DNA from: Catajapyx aquilonaris
Lineage: Eukaryota
Direction of reading: 5' to 3'
Length of the DNA: 49,165 bases
Assembly (NCBI GenBank): GCA_000934665.2
Contig: JYFJ02002903.1
Span: 1 to 49,165 of the forward strand
Positions 10,701-22,700 of the stretch are shown in pieces. Each line of letters starts with the position of its first letter. Positions within the stretch are counted from its first letter, which is position 1. A program made the translations under genes and the position numbers. The notes below the pieces were generated by a model. It saw only the letters and a list, made by a program, of their open reading frames with translations. It was not told the origin of the DNA and did not search any database.

Positions 10701-13700
10701 CCAACTATACTGAAGGGAGATGTAGTTGACTGGCCTTAAGCTACTACCATCAGGCAGCTTGAAGTCGTGTTGAAGTAGTGGGTAAAGGGACGCAAGGAGT
10801 GGTGGGAAGCAGTGATGGGAGCATCATCAGCAGCAGACCTGTGATGCTGCAGAGGAGCCTGAGAGTAGGGGCGTCTCCTCCGTAGCCGTTGATCATTCCC
10901 TTGGCCGCAGCCTGGGGAACAGGAAGCGTCAGCGTGATTGGCTTGTGGAACTTTCTCCTCCTGGGCTCCACCGTCACAATGGGCGACACGGCCACCCGGT
11001 TGCCCAGCATCTTGGACACCAGGTCAGACGGAATCGGGTGGGCCTGATGGACATGAACCTCCTCAGTTGATACAGTCGTATAATCACGATTATTTTTGCG
11101 AAGGTTTGGGTGCACTTGCCTGCAGTCCGACTTTGATCTTCTTGGTGAGCGCTCCGTTGGGGAAGACGGCCTGTACCTGTGGAAGCACTGAGGAGGCGAC
11201 CATGCCCCCATCTGGTCCGATGGCGTGCACCTCCTGCCGCACACGGGACACTATGGCGAAGTACTGCGGGAAGTCCGTGGTCAGGATGCGGATTATGCGG
11301 TTCGAGCTGGACTCCTCCATCTGCTTCAGCTCTGCTCAAACATATAACTCTCTCTCACTGACATGCACTGAGATGATGTTATAGGCAACACACCTTCTGC
11401 GTCGAAGCTCTCGTTGAGCACCTCTTGCACGGCCTCTTCCGTGGCTTCCAGGGTGTGTTCTCGCCAGGACTCGCCGCCGTCCGACCGCATTATCACGATT
11501 TCGCGCTCCTTGCCTCGAAGGGACGCGAAGTGAGGTACTTCGATTATCACTGGCCTGCGGTGGACAGACGTGCACAAAACAAGACAATATATTATGAAAC
11601 CTGCAAGGATCACGTCGTGCTGAAACAAACGTTCGCTGATATGTGTACACACCCGAGGAACTTGGCCCCTGCCGGCCCAAACTCTAGTATTCTGGATGCG
11701 AGGGCCTCTCCTTCCATCAGGGGAGGCGGGTTGGTCAGCTTGTCCTTCTTCAGGTATCGGCAGGTGATCCTCATGGGCATCGGAGCCTTCCTCTGGGGAA
11801 TCACCACGCGCACTCCGGAGTGTCGGCAGCCCCGCATCGCTCCTCCGCGGGCGTCCACCATGAAGCTCACCAGGAACCTTGTCACATGCATGAGCAACAG
11901 GGTCACATCAGCACCATGCCCTGATTTTGTACACAATCATGCACTGGCAGTGCTGTGCATCATCATGCATCATCGCTGTAAAGTGTGTTCATACGTATAT
12001 CGAGAAAGTGAAATGAAACAGCTGTGTATAAAATGTGAACATTTGGCAACAGCGATAGACGGTTTCATTTCATCACTTCATCAGTGGAAATATATCTGAA
12101 GAAGTAACCGACAAGCCATGCAAACAACAGTTCAGTCACATTCACAGGTGATTACTCACGTTCTCCAGCGAAGTTTCCTGCATCCAAAAGGTGGACAATG
12201 CATGTGGAGTAAATAACAGCACTCATTGCAATCAACATCTCAGGACGTACCAGCTGCATTATGCAATATAAACGCACAATATTGACTCGTTAAAAGGTCA
12301 CTCGTTATTGTTATACAGCAGCATGTCTCTCGAGTTCCAACCTCTTCATATGTATAGAAAAACAATCTTTATTACTATTATTGGTATTAATCTTCAACAC
12401 CTAACCCTTTCAAAGTATAGCGTAATTATCAAAAGAAGGATGTGCTTACCCGACATTCAGAGGGCTTCCGGGGACCTGCACATTGTCTGGCACGAAGTTT
12501 CCGGTGAATTGCGCGTACTGATCCTTGAGGTTACCTTGAGGACTGATCGAGTCTTCCACAGCTGTCGGTGGAGCTGCAACGAATTAAATGTGCATTGCAT
12601 TTGGTGTCTGCACGGTGATGCTGTCCCCGAGTCCTAGCAGTGATGTGACACTCTATCTACTCACAGGATCCTTCCAAGGCGACGGTCTCTCTGTTGGCGT
12701 CTCTTTCGTCCCGGGTGACGTCGATGGGCATGGAGTCGTCACCCAAGGACTTCATCTCGTCGGCCGTCAGGAAGCGATACGAGTTCTCTCCCAGTAGAAC
12801 GTCTTCGCCTGTAGTCCCAGAGACATCACATCATTGGAATATGTCACATTCGGCATCATTACCGCTCCCTACATCTCTACATGTCGAATACAGCTTACGA
12901 CACTTCCGTCGCCTCGGAGACTGCTTGATACATCAAGTAGCAAATTTTATACTATTGCAGCCATTTTCAATGAAAAGGGAAATGTTTAGTGTATGCGCAC
13001 ATATCTGCTATGGAATATGAAGAAAAGGACGCGACGCAATCAGACTGGCTTGTAAAGCCAGTGTCGGGATGGGACTTGGCAGGTGTGGGATTATATTGTC
13101 GCAATATTGTGACTGACGTGTGAAAAAACCAACAGGTTGATTGAAAATCCGAGGCATGTTGTGACGCAATTTCTGCAATTCTCCTGAATGCTCCGTAATA
13201 ACTTTGCGGGGGGACAAAATGACTGTGGCGAATGGAATTTCCTCTGACTCTTGGAGATGACGCGCTCTGGAGATGCCGGAATGAAAGGGAAAGGGGATGG
13301 GGAGAGAGAGAAAGTCCAATAAGTTCGGCTAGGAATTTCCTGTTACTCGTTGCCACAAGGCAATATCAACTCTCTGCTTTCATACTTGGCCTATAATATC
13401 AGCAGCTCTTCCATCGGCCACAACTATTATTGTGCGGAAAGGAAACCCAAAGACGCGTCAATAGAGGACAACTATTTCCTAACTAAGCGAAGGACTGAGA
13501 ATGATGAACATCTCGCTTTTCTTACCCGACGATGCAAAACGACAAAGTGTAGAGAAACCTTTTGATTCCATGCAGGATGACACCAGGATGACTTATATAT
13601 AATATGGACGGATGAGAGTGGAAATTACCATCCTCGTCCTCAGAGTCGGAGACGAATGTTTCTTGCATAGTTTCAGGGGCGACGACGCGATACTTCTCTT

Positions 13701-16700
13701 CCGGCGCTGGTACGGCGACTGGAGACAGGGCGGCGGCCGAGGGCGTCTGGGCCGCTGCTGAAGTGTCGGTGACTCCCTTGAGAGCCTCCTCAACACTGAT
13801 GTAACCCAGCTTCTGGGCTATGGACAGCGCCGTCTGCCCTTGCTGCATCATCAACCAATTATCACCATTTGAACTACCTAAAGATCTTAATGATAATTGT
13901 GTGAGACTGACCATAGTGGTGGCGTTGGGGTTGGCGTCGCTGTTGTCCAGCAGAGTGGTCACCACGATGGAGTGACCCTGCTGCGCGGCCTGGTGCAGAG
14001 GGGTATACCCGAGCCCGGTCTGGCTGTTGGGGTTGACCCCGAGGCGAAGGAGGAACCTGACCATGTTCAACTGGCCAAAGTGACATGCCACGTGCAGGGG
14101 CGTGTACCCAGCCTATCAAAAACAACAGCCGGGACATATGCACTTACATATTAGGCGGCAAAGAAACCAACTGGACAATATTATTCTGGCCCTACACAAC
14201 AATCAGCGCTACAGTTACAAAAGTTCATATAATTCAATATATAATTTGTTGAATGTTGTATAGCCGATTTGACTTGCAGCACGTTACCTTGGTTCTGGAG
14301 TCGATGGCGGCCTCTTTCTTCACCAGGAGGTCAGCCACGTTTACGCGGTCTTCTTGAGCACACAGGTGCAGTGGGTGAAGTCCGTTCTGCCAACAATGGG
14401 TGTGGGGTTAAGAAGGCGCATTCTTATATATATATATATATTGCTGATTCTGGGATCAAAAACGAGCCATTCTCGTGGTCGGCGTTGGACATGAGTTGTG
14501 CAATATAAATGTCGAAACATTATTCGGAGGGAATTATATGTCTCATTTGACGTCACAAAGAGACATATCTGCTGCATCTAACACACTATAGAGGACCCCA
14601 ACCCAACGGCGACGCTCGTGTAAACCGGAAGCAATTGAAATGATGGACCTACATTGGATTGGTGGTCCGGATGTGCGTGGTGGTCCAGGAGCAATGCGGA
14701 CATGTCCAGATGACCCTCCTGCGAGCTGAGATGGAGAGGCGTGAATCCTGCCTTGGACACCGCGTTTGTCTTGGCTCCGTACTCGAGGAGTGAAGTGGCG
14801 ATGTCCATCTGGTTCTTCTTGGCCGCAATGTGGAGAGGGGTGTATCCGTTCTTGGCCGTCGCATGAGGGGACGCATTGCCCTTCTCCAGGAGAAGGAGGG
14901 CCACCTTCTGGTGGTCGTAGTGACACGCCACGTGTAGGGGTGTCACTCCGTTCTGAAACGCGTCCAAATGGATATACAATAAGGGTTATATTCAGAAAAC
15001 TCGTGGGGGTGCAGCTGACCTTTCCCTGTGCGTCGACGGGTGCTTCCTTGTTGAGTAGAAGCGCCGCTACCGGGGCGTGTCCGTGCTTGGCGGCCAGATG
15101 CAGAGGGGTGAAGCCCTTCTTGGTGGTGGCAGTGAGCGAGGCAGCGTGCTCGACCAGGGCAGAGGTCACCTCGTCTTGGCCTTCCTTAGCGGCCATGTGC
15201 AGAGGGGTGTACTGGTCGTCCGTCACGGCCTCCACCTGCGCTCCGTGCTGGAGAAGCATCTCGACGATGTCCGCGTTGCCCAGCCTGGACGCGATGTGCA
15301 GAGGAGTTTGCTGCTCCTGCACGAGGCACACAAATCAAGGGGTCAAATGAGCCGTCTCTGTATATAGTGTACAGCAAGCATGGTTTTTGGTGTGCAGTAA
15401 CTGACCCTTGCCCTTGGGTCGACCTGGGATCCGTTCCTGAGCAGGATCCTGACAACGTCTGTCTGGTTCGCCCTGGCTGCCAGATGCAAAGGAGACTCTC
15501 CTCGTACTGTGGGTACGTCTGGGTTAGATCCGTGCTGGATCAGGTAGATCACCACGTTCATGCAGCCCATGAAGCTCGCCACGTGGAGAGGTGACAGGCC
15601 AGACTAAAGACAACAATATATATTCATTGTCACCACCACCAGGTCCACTTGATTCCTTCTGGTTAAGTACCTCGGTGGTGGCCTCGATGGAAGCCCCGTG
15701 CTTGAGCAGCAACTCGACGACCTTGATTCTGTTCTTCTTGCAGGCGATGTGTAAGGGTGTGAACCCATTGAGGGCCCTGGCGTTGGGGTCAGCCTTCCTG
15801 TCCAGAAGAAGCTTGGCCACTCGGACATGCCCGCAGTGAGCAGCCACATGGAGGGCGGTCAGGAAGTCCACGGTCACGTCGTCCACCGGGGCCTTGTGGT
15901 ACAGCAGGATCCGGGAAGAGTCCACGTGGTCACCCTGGGACGCCATGTGCAGCGGAGCCAGGCCATTCTAAGCACAACAATGGTCAAAATCAACCTCCAA
16001 AGGAATGGAAGCATCCAGAGAAAAGGGGGCATCAGGATGCCCTAATAATTGCAATGGTTCAGTCTCCTGTAGGGCTAACCCCTGGCCACAGTTTAACCTG
16101 AGAAGCGTGCCTGATTAATATTATGAAGCACACCTTCTATATTGTAGAGACATACCAGTGGGAGGTCAAAATGAACGCTGCTCTGGGTCAGGCGGCGCGG
16201 AAGGCGACAAAATTAATACGGGCGCCCAGCTTAATTAATTGCCTGCCTGGCTGGCTGCCTCGTGATATATACAGTGATGCTGGTACTTGGCATCATGTTC
16301 AACAGGTTCCGCGGACTAACCTGCCTTTATCTTCAATAATTATATGAGGTCAGCAGACAGCTTCACTTGCCTTCTCTGTCTCAGTCTCTCACTTCTGCTG
16401 ACCACAAGCAAATAAACGCCTTCACCATACACATACAGTCATGAGTGAAGCCCATTTTTGTATCTATAAACCCCATCACCCTGAAACGTCCCAAGAGTTA
16501 GGCCCTATTGTATCAACTCGAATTAAGATAAAGTGGTCGATTGTGTATTGTGAATCTTCCGATGCATTCCCCTCATTTACGTTCATGCAACGTGCTTTCG
16601 AGGCTTCTGTTTTAATAAACACTACTAGACAGCATTGCTCCCAACCATGTGACCAATCGAATATCGATGAACACAGGAAGAGCGTTTATTTCCCTCATAA

Positions 16701-19700
16701 TAATTTATCAATGAACCAGAGCTGATCTCGTATTCTTCCCGAGTCTGACGAGCGAGTGAGAGGCGTGCCATTAGGCTCGTGTGCAGGTCACGTGTCCAAT
16801 GCATGACCCTTAAGGGTCCATCGGTGGAATTAGCCGGATCTTCATCCACGCCAATTGCGCCCGTCTAATTGGCCATGACCCCCCACGCTATACTCTCTGC
16901 CCACTTAACCGCTAATTTTAAGGGCGACTCTAATCTTCCTATTTCACATGCGGTATAGTACGTACTATAACAATCTACACTGCAAGAGTAACGAATTATT
17001 ATTACTACTGTTTAATAAAAAAACATCGTCGTGTGTAATACGGACAGCAGATATTCCATGACTGAAGACTGAAGAGGAAGTGTGGCCAAAATAACCGCTT
17101 TAACCAACCACTGTTTTCAGGTCTCTCCAAGTTTTAGCCGAGCATTAGGAGCTACACGCAGTTTTAATTACAGCAGTTTGTTGGTATGGCACTTAAACGA
17201 CTGCTAGCTCTTAACGGCCAGTTAAAAGTTTGGAGAAACGGGGAATGAGGGGACTACAATTTTCCGAGTGGTCATAATGAACTAACAGAGAATGTTGTTG
17301 AAGCACTAGTAATAATTTTTCGTAATTGAAGTTCGTTGGTTAATGGAATCGGAATAACATGGGCATGGACCTCTGAGGCTAATAGTCACAGGCTACGAGG
17401 TGACTTGGAATCTGCTTCATCTGCATTCCCACCATTTTCCTGCACCGATGGGAATTATACCTCATAAAATCAACGCGGTCATTTACACAGCACTGAGGAC
17501 ACCGGTCCACAATTTACGTTAAAGGCGGTATTGCCAATCCAGGCTATCGATCATCCGGTATCATGTCGTTATGGGTTAATACTGTGGTCGCGTTTGGTGC
17601 CAATAAAATTCCTTCGTGTTGGCGTGAAACCAAAGGAAGGTTTACAATAGCAACGTAACATTGAGAAGATTCAAGTTTCACTGGCCCGGATTTTTTTAAA
17701 AATGGCAATGATTGCCATACATTCGTAGGTGTGTCCCACTGCATTTAGAGCCTATTTTGGGGTGATTGGTTATATGCCATCATATTGGTCCCAATACTGT
17801 AGGAAAGGGAGTGAATTTATAGGAACAAATAATAAATAAGCACCTTGGTTTTGGAAGAGATGGGTGCGTTTCTGTCTAGCAGGACGTCGACGACTTGCTC
17901 GTGTCCGGACCTGGCGGCGCAGTGCAGAGGTGTCAACCCGTCCTTGGTGACGGCGTCGACGACAGCTCCCTTGTCCAGGAGGAGTGATACCATGTTGGCC
18001 TTGCCCCACTTGGCTGCCACGTGAAGAGGTGTGATGTTGTGCTTGGCAGGGTAGTTGACGTCTGCCCCTCTCCTCAGGAGGAACTCGGCCACGTCCGCGT
18101 TTCCGTAGTGGGCTGCAATGTGCAGAGGGGTGAAGGCGCTCTTGGAGGTCACGTCCGGGTTGTGGTCACCGCTCTGGAGGAGAAGGGCGGCCGCCTTGCA
18201 GTCGTCCTTCTTGGCAGCGATGTGCAACGCAGGCAGCCTGACCTTCCCTTTGCCCCTGGCCATCTCGTCGCTCTCCAGCAGGACGGCCACCACCTTGTCG
18301 TGGCCCTGCTGCATGGCCACGGCCAGAGGGGTGAACCCATCCTCGGTGGCCAAGCTCTGGTTTGCACCGCTCTCCAGCAGGAAGTGGACCACCGCGTCGT
18401 GGTTCTCCTGAGCCGCCATGTACAGAGGTGTGAAGCCATTCTGAGACTGGACGTCCACCGACCCCCCAGACTCCACCAGTCGACGGACCACGTCCTCCTG
18501 ACCAGCTGTTGGATGGGGAAACAACATTTATAATTAACCTCACTGCATGGGGGGGGGGGGGTATGTGAGAATGAGCAAATCGTCGTCAATGTGATCGAAA
18601 TCAGCCGCTTGGCTCAGTTGAAATTACGGTGAGGGAGATGATGGATGTGACCATTGATATAGGGAACGACATCTTTTCCCTGCTGGAAGCGATGAGCAGG
18701 ACCGTTGAGCGATCACTCAGCTTCGGGCCCCACCCCAACCTCACGACAACCTCATCTCTTGACAGCAAAAAAATATCGCTTCCCTATATGGTTCCACACC
18801 GCCTGTGTATGTGAATGCGCCGGGAGTCATTCTCCTGTTGTCAATCCTTAAGGAAGGAATCTACCCGTCAGGCTTCCGCACTATACTTTTCCAGCATAAC
18901 TGCCTGGAGGGCTAAGAGAGATAAAAAAAGGGAAGAATAAAAAAAGGAGAACCCCCCACCCCACCCCGGCTGCTTTTATCCTTTTATCTTTAAGGGAGAA
19001 AAACAAGCTGTCAGGGCGAGACGGCCCTTGGAGGGAGGGATGGGTGGGGCTGAGGCCAAATCCTGTAGTGTATAACACGGGAAGATAGATATAGACAGAG
19101 TGGCAAAGGGAGGGACGAATGGATGCTGGGCATTGTATGCCTAACAAAGTCCCACAAGACAAACTAGCCAGGTCTGATGCTATATACTGCGACCACTCAA
19201 AATGAGGTGGCTTTTCAACAGGGATTAAACACGGCACTGTGCTATATAGTTTAGGAAAAAAACTTGAGTCGACAGTCCCATCCCAGCATATTTCTCAACC
19301 CAAAAAGCGATAACAGGTCAATAATGCCCGGCTGACAAAACCTGGAGCATTATCGTCACGGGATGTCGCCGGGCAGGATTGGGAATGTAACAACAATTAA
19401 CATGAGGGCAGAATGACGTGTATATACTTGCCTAAGGAAGCAATGTGCAGGGCAGTGTTTCCCTTTTTGGTGGCAGCGTCGACCTTTGCCCCCCGGTTGA
19501 GCAGCTCGGACACCACGTGCAGGTGGCCGTCCTTCGAGGCCAGGTGAAGGGCGTTCAGTCCGTTCTGTAACACACCACCACCAGTGCGTTGCGGCTTAGT
19601 ATATATACACACTCGCATTAATTACACGCATACAATACACACACACACACACACATCCAACGAAGCAAGTATATACCCAATGTTCTTAACCTAATTATTG

Positions 19701-22700
19701 CAAGGTAGCATACGCCTATGGGGTCGTCGAACTTGCCGAACTTCCCGAGGAAACAGTCATCCTGACTGTCCAGGGCAAACCTCGCGCCTCCCTTGGTCGC
19801 AGGGCTGCCTCCATCCCAGGATAAATCCAAATGCTCCATTCTCCTGAGGGGCATCCCAAGGTCTATCCTCATTATACTTTCTGACAAAATATTATTATTA
19901 TTATTAATAATGAAGAACAGGTTTTGGAGGGCACCTTCGCGTGTGACCTACAACTGCCGTATAAATAAACGCAAAAAATGTTTCCGACTTTCCGTAACAG
20001 AACGGAGATTCGTGGGAAAAGTTGCCCACCACGCAACCGCGCCTACGTAGACAATAATTCAATTAATCAGGTGACAGTTGGCTCTCTTTGGACGTCCCTA
20101 GAATGTTCACGTGCCAAGGCCTGATATTGATATAAATTTTGAACCATCGAACTGAAAATGCATAGCAAATGCGCCACTCGCTAATGTTGAAATGACTGAT
20201 ATAGTCCGAATAAAAAGTATCATAATGTGGGGACGTGAAGGCTGCTCCTGCACGTCGGGTGCATAATTATATGACGCGAACAAGAAGGTCCCTTTGATGT
20301 GTAAACTGTGGTCGGCCGACCATGCAAAGTTTCAGGTTTGCCAAAGGCTGCTTTAAAAGGTATAAATGCCAATACACGTACACCGCACGAGCGTAAGGTA
20401 ATTCGATTCTTCTGGTGAACGTCAGAGAAAAAAAAGGAAGTGCTCTCTCGACTTGCTCATCTTGCACGATCGAGCCAAAAAAAAAAAAAAAAAAAGGTGG
20501 TTCGCCTTGAAGTTCGCGATGCTTCTCTGTCCTTCGCCAAACAAATCATTGGCGATGCGGAATAGGTACACTGCAGTGTAAGTAAGCCTCGGTTTACATG
20601 ACGTGATTCCAACCTCCTTAATCTTCTTTAGCCTGCTGACAAATAAAAGCAATGCGAAATGTGTCGCGTCAAAAAAATAAAATGCTGATTCGTGCGACGA
20701 CCACCTTATTCTCGCAGATCACGTCGAAGCTGGCTATTTATAGCCCCGAGTCCCTTTTTATAACCCCACAGACAGCGGGGATATAACCGAATGACACAAA
20801 GAATGGCCGACGAAAATCTGACGAATCAGTCCAGACCTCAGCTTTGACCGGATTTACATAGAAAGCCGTGCTTTGTGCGACTCTGTAATATTTTTGTGCC
20901 TGTGTTAATCACGGTGTGTGATCACCCTCATATAATATGATACCTGCAACACAACCCTTTTTATATCCTGAAAACATTCAGTACAGCATGCGAAGCAGCG
21001 ACTCTTTCATTCCAGAATGAAAGGCGCCATTATCGCCATCCCATGAGAGAGACATAGGGGGTACATGGTGGTGGTTACATGGCGTGCAGCATCACATAAC
21101 CCTAAAAGCACTCACCGCATTGCAGGTGTTGATGTCAATGTTTTGCTTGAGGTACTCGAGGACCATTTCCAAATTGCCAGCTCGAGCAGCTCGAAGGAAC
21201 CCGGTGCTCGGATCAGACTGGAACAAAAAGAAAGGATTGAAAATCACTCTCAATGTACATGCACGCATTTGAAACAGTGCAACAACGGAAGAAAGACTCA
21301 CAACTTTGCCAAGTTCGCATTGACAAACTATCGCTTGAACTTGACCCTGCCAAAACATGGTTCTGCACTTTCCTCATTGAATGACGACGTTTAATTGCGG
21401 TTCCATGTCATATGCATTCCTTTCATACTTAAAATGCCAAAAATTTTCAACGAACTATACAGTATACAGAATCCGAAAGACTTCTGATGCCCTTTACATC
21501 TCTTTATTATACGGAAGGAGAGTATACGTATATCGGAAGGGTATGATTTGAATCACGTGCATTCAATTAAATCGGGAGGAAGGAAGGTGGCGTGGGTAAG
21601 AAGTTTCTAATTAGCAGCTTTTGACTCATTACGTTGCTGTTCCCCCCTCCCCCCCTCAGCCAAGGATGAGCCAGTCACGGCAGATCAAAAGATAGGGAAA
21701 GAAATTGTTATTTGCTAATTAGAGAAGAGGCTGGTTTTAGGGATCGAACTCCCTCTGTACTATATACCCTCATTGGAGTGGTTGGCCCGACAACCGCCAC
21801 CTGAATCAGACACCATCCAAAAATATTTTAACGTGTGCCGAATTACTGGCCCCGGGGTTAAACTCGGCCCATTAATAATCCAATAACGAGCCAGACCATG
21901 ACAGGTGGCTCCTAATGACAGCTGACCACCCACCCACAGCTGCTGCTGCTGCTACATCGAATCAATACATTTTTTCCCCCATCTGAAAAATTATCCGCAC
22001 CTCTCACTTCTTCCCAGTGATGAATTATCCATGAGGAGAAGCATCTCCCAGATTAAAGTTGCGGTATTTATTGGCAATGCTTCACTCTTCTCAACAGAAC
22101 TTTCATTTAATCCTTCTCTTATACCCATCTGCCAAAAAAGTGTGGGCTCTCGAAAGAAGATCTTGCTTAGTATTAGATATGCTCAAGGGGTTAAACATAA
22201 TGGTATGATGCATTTCATTGTCCTGCACGAGTCGTGATTGTGCTGGGAAGAGAGAATGAGTGAGGATGGCTCGAGGCGGTCCCCCAGAAGTGTCCTCCTC
22301 CCCTACCCAGCACCATCAACCTGCACAACAATAAATTCACCGACAAGTTTTGTATAAGTGGATTTAGACTAAAGCATCCCGAAACTGCTTCATGAAATTA
22401 AGGTCGCAGGGACGGGGCTTGACACGGCGAAGTAAATCAAGCAATTAACATGGAATTAGGCCATGTTTGTGTGGCGCTCAGGTTTACGACGTTATTAATT
22501 TCCAGCAATATTTTCTCCTCTTCTGCCCCCCCCCCCCCAACCTGCATGCCGGCAAAGCATTTGCAGAGACATGAATTTGTTAATTAATTCGGAAGTCAAA
22601 TGGTCACTAAGCACGCAATATAATGAGTGTGTGTGTCTCCCCCGTGTGGCATTATATGATGTGTATGCATTGTCTGACTTTTTTATTTTTTTCTGATCTG

